This document shows, piece by piece, positions 6,125 through 13,708 of a stretch of DNA of 16,486 nucleotides. The position numbers were made by a program, and so were the translations under genes. Source of the DNA: an uncultured archaeon (lineage in GTDB: Archaea > Aenigmatarchaeota > Aenigmatarchaeia > CG10238-14); the NCBI GenBank assembly GCA_964392445.1, contig CAYMPD010000023.1, positions 1 to 16,486 of the forward strand. The letters run 5' to 3'. Under the pieces are notes generated by a model that was given only the letters and a program-made list of their open reading frames with translations, did not search any database and was not told where the DNA came from. How positions within the stretch are numbered: the first letter of the stretch is position 1; each line of letters begins with the position of its first letter.

Positions 6125-9100
6125 TTAATTATTGGTTTTCTGTTTTATAAATTTGTTAGAGAGTATTTCTAACTTGCTTACTAGTCGGAAGAGGGGATTG
6201 GTGTTTCTTCTCAACTCAGAAAATTTTTCTTCATTTATATTCTTCAGTTTTTCATAATTTTCCTTTTTCAAAATCCCCTTCTTATACTGGTCTTCTATTA
6301 TATATAATGTCCTTAGTATTTTCTTCTCTTCAGTTAAAATTCTTTTATAACTCCTTTTTGCTTTTTTACAGATTAGGAATAAGACTACTGAAATAAGCAG
6401 GAGTAAAAAGTACAGAAGAGTTTTTTCTACAGGAATCTTTGATTTTTCGGGGATAGTAATTTCATTTAACTGCCTTTCAGCCTTATTCAACAAAATTTGT
6501 ATTTCATTTATTTCCAGAGATACTTGATCATAATATTCATCTTCAAGATAAACCTCCAACCTACCTATCTTAAGTTCTATTATATTTAAATTGTCCTCTA
6601 TATTATCAACTTCTGCCCCTTTAGTCCTAAGATAATCTAATTCATCTTTTAAATCACTTAATTTATTTTTCTGTAATTGTGTTTGATATAGATAAAGTTG
6701 TTCTTTGGACGAGAAAAGTCTCAAAGTTATGACTCTTTCATCCTCTACTTCACTACTAATCACTTTTACTTTGAATGGATAATAATCAGGGGTTTCATTC
6801 AGAGGAGCTATTATTTTAATGATGAAATCTTTAACATCACCCGGGGCTAAAAGAGGGCTTTCACTTGTTTTTAGTTTCATCCAATTAGAAATTTTACCTT
6901 CAAGTTCCAGAGAAACATTATGAACAATTTGAGTACCAGTATTGTTAACTTTTAAGGTGATATATTTTATCTCCCCTCTTTCGACTAATACCTCGTCAGG
7001 GTAGTCTATTATACTTATCTCAGGTTCCTTTGCCAAAGGTAAACTCACTCCCCCTACAGCAGCCCCAGAAGGTATACCAACACCCTCAGAAGGTTCCTCT
7101 GTCACAACTTCTTTCTCTTTTACTATGAATGTCCCACTTGCAGTTGCAGGTTTTATTAAAGGATCATAAGTTACTTTAACATTTAGTGTCTTAACACCAG
7201 TTGGTTCATTAGAATCTAAGTTAAAACTAACTGGTACAAGGGTTGATTGATGTGCGTAAACTCTCATCGAAGTTTCTTGGGAATATCTTTTACCATTCCC
7301 AATCCAATAAGTCAAATTAACATCAAATCTATCAGTATCTCCTGTGTTTGAAACATTAATTTGAAATGGAACTGAATCTCCTTGCTCAACCTCTGTCTCA
7401 AGAATTTCAACAGAAACATCGAATGGTCCTCCTGTCAATATTTCAAATGCTTGTATATCATTTGTACTTATTCCATCTTTTGTTGTGTTTAAAAGTGCAA
7501 TATAATTTCCTGAATTTACACTTGAAGATATGTTCTCTGAATATGTATAAAACCCAGTAGTTGATTTGGTCATATCAGATAGAGAAATATTAAACCACTC
7601 TGTTAGTCCAAATTGCTCAGTTACATAATAAACTATAACTGTGATATTATCTGGGTTTATTAACTCATTTGTAGATTCAAATGTCAGAACTGAAATTGAG
7701 AGCTCACGGTCTTTGTATTGTATTGATGGTATTTCCAATTTAGAATGAAAACCTGCTTTTGAATTAACCATAAATGTATAATTGTTTGTATTAGTGACTG
7801 TATAATCTCCAAGAGGGTCATAATAAATTGAAAATGTTGTTAAATTGTGATATCCTGTTTGTGCGTCTGCAGGTAAAATAAAAGTTGGAGTTCCAATGTA
7901 ACCCTTAGAATTACTTGTATAGGTTTCACCTGAAAGAATGTATAGTTCAGTTCTATTAGGATTTTCTATTGATAAATCAACCGAAATATTTTCTAAAGTT
8001 GTTCCATTAATGTCAGTTACCTTGTAATAAATCGATCCATATTCACCCTGACTATAAGACGAATCTCTTGTATTCAAACTTGTATTAAGTCTGGTATATA
8101 CTTTAAAACTAGAAGAAGAGTTTCCACTTACACCTGTGTTGTCTTGAGCAAAAATCGTGAAATTATACCTACCTCTTTCCAGTGTATTCCCCCAAGTATT
8201 ATTGTAATTAGCATACCAATCTGTGGTTGATGTATTGAACATATAATCTTCGTCAATAGTCCCATCTGGTCTTGTGACATTTATTTTAACCCAATTCAAA
8301 CCTGTCCCCGACTGTTCGGATATAGAAGCATTAATGCGTATAGAAGAGTTTTGTTCTGTTTTATCATTAGTAAGACTAATTGTTATTATCGGTGGTCCTT
8401 CGCTTAAATAAAATTTACTATACCAATTTGTTGAGTTAGATAAATAATTCATTTTTGTGAGATTAACTTGTATAGTATAATCCCCGACAGATTTAGCAGT
8501 AGAAGACCAACTGGAATTATAAATACCATTTCCTTCTTCAGTTGTAGCTGCACATTCAGTTCCATTTACAGAGAAGTTTAGTGTTGCTCCTAAGACTGGG
8601 TTAGAACACTCATCTGTTAGATTAAAACTGATTGGTAATGTGTCTCCCTGTGAATAAGTTGAATTAGAAGGTTCCAAAATATTACCAGTTAAAGTTCCTA
8701 TAACTGTAAAAGAGTAGGTTGAAGATTCTTTGTTCTTATAACAATTTCCAGTGTAATTTGCTTTCCAATTATTTTCACCAACTGAAATGGAACAATTAGG
8801 ATTATAATTGAGGGTGACATTCCCGTCCTCGGTATTGTTACTAGAAACATTATTCCAGGAATCAGAATAATAAACCCAAAAATTAACATTCTGAGAGTCT
8901 ATGTAAACATTCCTATCTGTATCTCTTAATCTTACACTCAAACTAACTTTTTCTTCTCCTGATCTGTTAACAGAAGTATTATTACCTGAAAGATATTCTA
9001 TAATTATATCATCCTTTTCAACAGTTGGACCGGAGAAAACACTCGTATTTGCCCATGAGTGGTATTGATCTTTATATTCGAACTTGTATTGCCTAGTTTC

Positions 9101-10417
9101 ACCAACATCCGAACATGAGAAAGGGTTGGTAGTCCAATTTAGAGTTCCTGGTGGGTTAATTGATTTAGTTTCATTCCTTACCCAACGACCATTATCAGTA
9201 TAAACAAGTAATGCAACATTAACCTCATCCCCTTCTGCATCCGTGATATCTATAGAATAATTGAAATTTTCTCCCCAGCCTGCTGAAGAGGTCACCGTCT
9301 GATTTCCAAGAACGGGTATTTCATTTGACACATAACTAAAGGTTGTTGAATTAGTAGCATTTCCATAACTAGATTTATAAGAGGTAACATTAATTGAGTA
9401 AGTACCATCAACTATCCAATCACAAAGAATAGTGTAATTATAATAACCAGAAGAATTAGTTGAGGTTGAGTTAGACCAAGCTACTGATGAATTAGGATAA
9501 TAAATTTTTATATCGACTGAAGCATTATTAACACTATCTCCAGAGGTATCATTAACATAACCAGAAACTAAAATATTTTCACCCCAACCATATGATGATT
9601 TGTCTTTTTCAACAGAAACTAAAAGTGGTAAAACTTCTGAGGTTTCTTGACTAACTGTTAAAGATGGTTCCACCCAGTTAGAGACAGGATAAAACTTTAT
9701 TCTATTAACTCCTGTACCATAGGTACCATAACTGTCCGTACTACTTTCTATTGTTCCACTGTCTGATGTAAATCTGGCAGAAACACTATTTGTAGCATAA
9801 GTTTTAACTTCACTTGAATTCCCTTCTTTAGATCCATATTCAACTCCATCAAAATACAAATAAGCATAATCATAACCAGATTCAGTAGACCATCTCCACG
9901 TGACTTCAACCCCTTCAGCCCAGCTCTTATTCCACTCATATCCTATACCAGGACTAGTTGACTGATTAGACCAAACATTCATATTATCTTCATATCCAGA
10001 TCTCCAATAAGGGAAGATGGACATGGTTTGACCCTCTCCTTTAACTTCATTTTCAATTGTATCAAAATAAATGTAAAAGGTTCTATTTGTTGTGTTTAAA
10101 CTGCCTTCAGCAATCCAAGTAACATTTCCTGCGTCATAAGTTATGTTATCAAAATCATATTTTAAACTAATCGAATCTTCAATAACCCTAATAGAATTTC
10201 CGTCAAATGTTCCAGAATCTCCCAAGTTTTCAAGTAAAGAGGTGAAATTAATATCTTCCAAATTAACCGAAGCGTTTTCTTGATCGGATCCTGAACTGAC
10301 ATTGACTGGGATTCTAAAGTACCAAGAGGTGTTCCACCAACCAATTGAGATGACTGATGGTATTATACTTAGAAAAAAAACCATTAACGCGATTACTGTA
10401 ATCTTTCTCTTCAACAT
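6125..10417 (-). CDS. Large cell-surface glycoprotein/adhesin-like protein (signal peptide, DUF2341-like, CUB-like, MG2/Ig/CARDB-like repeats, C-terminal TM, SHOCT-like tail)
   Basis: Sec signal MLKRKITVIALMVFFLSII; WWNTSWYFRIP...YIYFD (DUF2341-like); WSTESGYDYAYLY...ARFTSD (CUB-like); two DxxxYxxGExxxI...D..G (MG2-like) units; very dense NxS/T sequons; TM at about 6368-6421; basic cytoplasmic tail. Confidence 0.85.
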   Translation of the reverse strand: MLKRKITVIALMVFFLSIIPSVISIGWWNTSWYFRIPVNVSSGSDQENASVNLEDINFTSLLENLGDSGTFDGNSIRVIEDSISLKYDFDNITYDAGNVTWIAEGSLNTTNRTFYIYFDTIENEVKGEGQTMSIFPYWRSGYEDNMNVWSNQSTSPGIGYEWNKSWAEGVEVTWRWSTESGYDYAYLYFDGVEYGSKEGNSSEVKTYATNSVSARFTSDSGTIESSTDSYGTYGTGVNRIKFYPVSNWVEPSLTVSQETSEVLPLLVSVEKDKSSYGWGENILVSGYVNDTSGDSVNNASVDIKIYYPNSSVAWSNSTSTNSSGYYNYTILCDWIVDGTYSINVTSYKSSYGNATNSTTFSYVSNEIPVLGNQTVTSSAGWGENFNYSIDITDAEGDEVNVALLVYTDNGRWVRNETKSINPPGTLNWTTNPFSCSDVGETRQYKFEYKDQYHSWANTSVFSGPTVEKDDIIIEYLSGNNTSVNRSGEEKVSLSVRLRDTDRNVYIDSQNVNFWVYYSDSWNNVSSNNTEDGNVTLNYNPNCSISVGENNWKANYTGNCYKNKESSTYSFTVIGTLTGNILEPSNSTYSQGDTLPISFNLTDECSNPVLGATLNFSVNGTECAATTEEGNGIYNSSWSSTAKSVGDYTIQVNLTKMNYLSNSTNWYSKFYLSEGPPIITISLTNDKTEQNSSIRINASISEQSGTGLNWVKINVTRPDGTIDEDYMFNTSTTDWYANYNNTWGNTLERGRYNFTIFAQDNTGVSGNSSSSFKVYTRLNTSLNTRDSSYSQGEYGSIYYKVTDINGTTLENISVDLSIENPNRTELYILSGETYTSNSKGYIGTPTFILPADAQTGYHNLTTFSIYYDPLGDYTVTNTNNYTFMVNSKAGFHSKLEIPSIQYKDRELSISVLTFESTNELINPDNITVIVYYVTEQFGLTEWFNISLSDMTKSTTGFYTYSENISSSVNSGNYIALLNTTKDGISTNDIQAFEILTGGPFDVSVEILETEVEQGDSVPFQINVSNTGDTDRFDVNLTYWIGNGKRYSQETSMRVYAHQSTLVPVSFNLDSNEPTGVKTLNVKVTYDPLIKPATASGTFIVKEKEVVTEEPSEGVGIPSGAAVGGVSLPLAKEPEISIIDYPDEVLVERGEIKYITLKVNNTGTQIVHNVSLELEGKISNWMKLKTSESPLLAPGDVKDFIIKIIAPLNETPDYYPFKVKVISSEVEDERVITLRLFSSKEQLYLYQTQLQKNKLSDLKDELDYLRTKGAEVDNIEDNLNIIELKIGRLEVYLEDEYYDQVSLEINEIQILLNKAERQLNEITIPEKSKIPVEKTLLYFLLLLISVVLFLICKKAKRSYKRILTEEKKILRTLYIIEDQYKKGILKKENYEKLKNINEEKFSELRRNTNPLFRLVSKLEILSNKFIKQKTNN

Positions 10418-10461
10418 ATGTATTTTATTTGGTAATTCTGATATCTATTTATTTCTGTTAT

Positions 10462-12207
10462 TCAGGTGGGTTGATTTATTAGTTGCTTCACTGTTGAAAT
10501 TCTTCTATTAACATCCCCAATTTTATCAATAGTCCTGTTTTTCATTTCAAAATAATTTTCTTTTTCTATGATGCCCTGCTTTTGTTGTTTTTTGATTAGA
10601 AAAATCATGTTTTCCAGTTCTTTTTTTTGGAGTATCAATTCCTTTAGCGTATCGTTTAAATGGGATGATTTTCTTGGGGTTTTTTCTTTGGCATTGATCT
10701 CTAAGTCGCCTAGTTCTCTTCTTAACTTAGCACCAGACTGTGATCGCTTTTCCATCTGATTTCCCATTTTAACCTCAATAGCTTCCTCTTTACTATCAAA
10801 ATGGTTTTCAATAAATTCTTGATTTGGTCTTTCTTCGAGTCTCCCTAGGTATTTTTTATTTGATTTCTTCATCTCTTCATATTCTTCTTCAGAAATTTTT
10901 CCCTCTTTTTTGTATTTCTCTATATTTTTAATTAATTCCTGTATCTCCTTTTTCTTCTCCTCTACACCTTTAGAATTTTCATCTTTATCAAATGAGACTG
11001 AGATTTCTTTTTTCTGGTTCGAATTCTCCAACTTATTTTGAATTTTATTAAAGGATTTTTTAAGAGATCCCAGTTCCTCCTTTGATACTCTGTTATTTAT
11101 CTCGATTTTATTCTTATCTATACTTGAAACCATCTCTTTTAACAATTCATCATTTTTCTCAAGTCTATTTTCTAACTGTGACAGTTTTGATAGTTTTTTA
11201 TCAATTTCCACGTGTATTTTTTCAGCAAGACCTGCGTATCTCTTGGTATCAGATTTCAATTTATTAATTTTGGAAACATTATTTTGAATTTCTTTCACTG
11301 TTTTTCTTAGGTTCTCAATACTCTTGATTTGGTCTAGTATCTCCTTATTACTCTTAATTTCTTTTGTTTGATCATGAATTAACTTGTCTAATTTTTCTAA
11401 TTTAGCCGAATGTTCCATCAACTCAGTTTCCCTTTTTGAAAGATCTTTTCTGATTTTCCTTGGTTCTATATCAGATACGACATCTTCAAGTTTTCTTATT
11501 TTTGTCTTAAGCTCGTCAACTAAAGCTTCCTTTTGGAATACCAAAGATCTTACTTCACCCAAACCTTCCATTATTTTTCTTATTTGCTCTGAGTTTTGTT
11601 GTTTCATATTCCTTAAAGAAGAAAGTTCCAATTGAACCTTTTCCACTTGCATTGTAAGTTTTTTAAGGTCAATTTCTTGTTCAACACTAACTTTAGCAGG
11701 GAAAGTTTGAACACCAGAATAAATATTTTCCCTTTCATACTCTTGGGGAGCTTTATTTGAACTTTCCCCAGTAAACTTATTTTTAATTGTCTTGAAAAAA
11801 CCTAATTTGGATTTAGACCCTTGAATTAAATCGCCCTTCCCAACAGCACCATGTTCTTGGATGTCCTTTTCTAATCTTTTTCTTTCTTTACTCTCAACTT
11901 CTTTTAAAACTTCACCAACCGGTTTATCCTGATCATCTTTCCCACTTTCTTTTATTTTTTTGGATTTTTTTTCAAATTCTTTAGATTTTTCTTTCAGATA
12001 TTCTTTCATTCCCTTTCTATTTTTACCCTTCTTTTCTAGTTCTAGGAGTTCCTCATAATCTGGTCCCTCCAATTCTTCTATTCGCTTTTTTGCATCTGAA
12101 ATAGTGTTATCAAGACTCTCTTCATAATCCAAATTACTTGGGCTTTTCTGCTTAGATTTCTTTTCCTTTTTATTATCCTTTATCTCAGATTTATTTTCTT
12201 TCGCCAT
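10462..12207 (-). CDS. Cytoplasmic long coiled-coil protein with an N-terminal KNRK helical motif and two SHOCT-like motifs
   Basis: 581 aa, K/E/L-rich heptad-like sequence, no signal peptide or TM. No Walker motifs, so it is not an SMC protein. Confidence 0.8.
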   Translation of the reverse strand: MAKENKSEIKDNKKEKKSKQKSPSNLDYEESLDNTISDAKKRIEELEGPDYEELLELEKKGKNRKGMKEYLKEKSKEFEKKSKKIKESGKDDQDKPVGEVLKEVESKERKRLEKDIQEHGAVGKGDLIQGSKSKLGFFKTIKNKFTGESSNKAPQEYERENIYSGVQTFPAKVSVEQEIDLKKLTMQVEKVQLELSSLRNMKQQNSEQIRKIMEGLGEVRSLVFQKEALVDELKTKIRKLEDVVSDIEPRKIRKDLSKRETELMEHSAKLEKLDKLIHDQTKEIKSNKEILDQIKSIENLRKTVKEIQNNVSKINKLKSDTKRYAGLAEKIHVEIDKKLSKLSQLENRLEKNDELLKEMVSSIDKNKIEINNRVSKEELGSLKKSFNKIQNKLENSNQKKEISVSFDKDENSKGVEEKKKEIQELIKNIEKYKKEGKISEEEYEEMKKSNKKYLGRLEERPNQEFIENHFDSKEEAIEVKMGNQMEKRSQSGAKLRRELGDLEINAKEKTPRKSSHLNDTLKELILQKKELENMIFLIKKQQKQGIIEKENYFEMKNRTIDKIGDVNRRISTVKQLINQPT

Positions 12208-12239
12208 TATACCACTTAAATAATATTATTTTTGGAGCT

Positions 12240-13010
12240 TTAATTATAATCATTAAGTAAAGCTTTTTTACCATATTTTTGCAAATACCTCTGAAGAGTT
12301 ATTTCCGTACCAGTAGTTGTTTCTATTGGGCTCCAACCTATTGAATCATCACTAAAATATCCTATTTCCGCCCAAGCATGGGTTTTCTCATCACTTGTAA
12401 CACCTATAACCACTCTACAAGGTATACCTAAACATCTACTCATTGAACAAAAAAGAATAGCGTCTGACAAACAACAACCTTCACCAATTTTAAGAATTTC
12501 ATCGGATGTAAAAAGTTTATTACATGCTTTACTTTCCTCTGGGTTATTAGGATATTCTATATTTTCTATGACCCAATTGGCCATGTTATCCACTGTATCG
12601 GTAAGTGAGTTTATATCAACCAAAGAAACCGCAATTTCATTCACTTTTTCTGTACAAATTATATAATCTCCGTCTTTTAAGTAATTAGCCAATTCAAAAT
12701 CATAATTAATCCATCTATTTGCGTTTTCCCTATATTCCTCCATATTTAAATCAGAAGTTATTTTTTCTCTTTCCTCCTCAGGTATCATCAAAATATTATT
12801 AATCTCAGTTAGAATCTTTCCACTACTAGTTTGGACATTAACTATAGACTCTTCGATATTCGATAATTCATCTTTAAATTTCCGAATGTCTTCTCCTTGA
12901 ACTACCATTTTTTGTTTAACTGAGTATATTTGAAATAACATGAAAAGATTTATTAATATTGAAAGTAATACAATTAAAACTAAAATTTTTTCCAATCTAT
13001 TAAAAATCAT
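12240..13010 (-). CDS. Membrane-anchored transglutaminase-like (Cys-His-acid) protein
   Basis: N-terminal TM, short coiled stalk, then NWVIENIEY, GxGCCLSDAILFCSMSRCLGIPCRVVIG, HAWAEI and WSPIETT. Confidence 0.85.
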   Translation of the reverse strand: MIFNRLEKILVLIVLLSILINLFMLFQIYSVKQKMVVQGEDIRKFKDELSNIEESIVNVQTSSGKILTEINNILMIPEEEREKITSDLNMEEYRENANRWINYDFELANYLKDGDYIICTEKVNEIAVSLVDINSLTDTVDNMANWVIENIEYPNNPEESKACNKLFTSDEILKIGEGCCLSDAILFCSMSRCLGIPCRVVIGVTSDEKTHAWAEIGYFSDDSIGWSPIETTTGTEITLQRYLQKYGKKALLNDYN

Positions 13011-13019
13011 AACAATTAC

Positions 13020-13322
13020 CTATTTAATTTCTTTTTTCATTAAAAGTAAAGGTATCAAAATTAAAAGAAAACTAAAGAAATGTATATACATGATAAAAAA
13101 CCTTGCATAGAGTTTAATCTCCGGTGACATACCATATACATGACCATATGTCATAATTATAGGATCTATCAGAGTCGCTAATCCGACCAATATTATTAAG
13201 AATACTGCCTTTTTATTAAAATATACATACTCAAGAATCCTAGCGTAGATGTAGTAGATGAAAACTAATTCTACAATAATGATGTTATAAAACATTATGT
13301 CAAATATCTCTAAAATATTCAT
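13020..13322 (-). CDS. Small 3-TM membrane protein, unknown function
   Basis: 100 aa with three hydrophobic segments. ATGA overlap with the upstream gene and SD GGGTGA a few nt before the ATG. Confidence 0.75.
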   Translation of the reverse strand: MNILEIFDIMFYNIIIVELVFIYYIYARILEYVYFNKKAVFLIILVGLATLIDPIIMTYGHVYGMSPEIKLYARFFIMYIHFFSFLLILIPLLLMKKEIK

Positions 13323-13678
13323 TTTTTCACCCTTTTAGCGCCAAAATAATTTTTTCTATATCCATTTCTTAACCATTCCTTGAGATCACTATAGAATAAA
13401 ACTAAAACAACAGAAGTTGTACTATAAGCAAAAAATAAAAAAATATGTCCTATTATTCTGTGTTGAAGTATTGTATCACCATAAACTGAAAGGTCATAAA
13501 AAGTTATTAGAGCGAATACTAGAACGGAAGCAAATCCCAAGTACAGAAAAAAACACCATTGGTTCTCGTATTTGTCTGGCTTTAATTTCCTGATCAAATA
13601 GGTCAATGCCAATAAAGGAAATCCCATACCTAGAATGATTAAAATTGGTGTGAGTATTATAATCAAGTTGAACATCAT
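13319..13678 (-). CDS. Small 3-TM membrane protein, unknown function
   Basis: 119 aa with three hydrophobic segments and a basic C-terminal tail; co-oriented and tightly packed. Confidence 0.75.
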   Translation of the reverse strand: MMFNLIIILTPILIILGMGFPLLALTYLIRKLKPDKYENQWCFFLYLGFASVLVFALITFYDLSVYGDTILQHRIIGHIFLFFAYSTTSVVLVLFYSDLKEWLRNGYRKNYFGAKRVKK

Positions 13679-13708
13679 AATATAAAATTATTTTATATGA
13701 TTTAAAAG

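Noticed and set aside
10391-10403. GATTAC-T-GTAATC dyad
   Set aside because: It is inside the signal-peptide coding sequence and has only 6-bp arms; compatible with chance.
7366-10511. Small ORFs nested in the 1430-aa gene (7366-7560, 8698-8889, 9748-9939, 10162-10344, 10302-10511)
   Set aside because: 60-69 aa off-frame or antisense ORFs expected by chance; the main frame is continuous, so there is no sign of a frameshifted gene.
10568-11635. Antisense ORFs within the coiled-coil gene
   Set aside because: S/F/L-rich mirror translations of a K/E-rich strand.
10462-12207. SMC/Rad50 or crenactin-like assignment for the coiled-coil protein; a HerA-NurA-Mre11-Rad50 repair locus
   Set aside because: No Walker A/B or zinc-hook motif, no nurA or mre11 in the window, and the HerA-like domain is membrane-fused.
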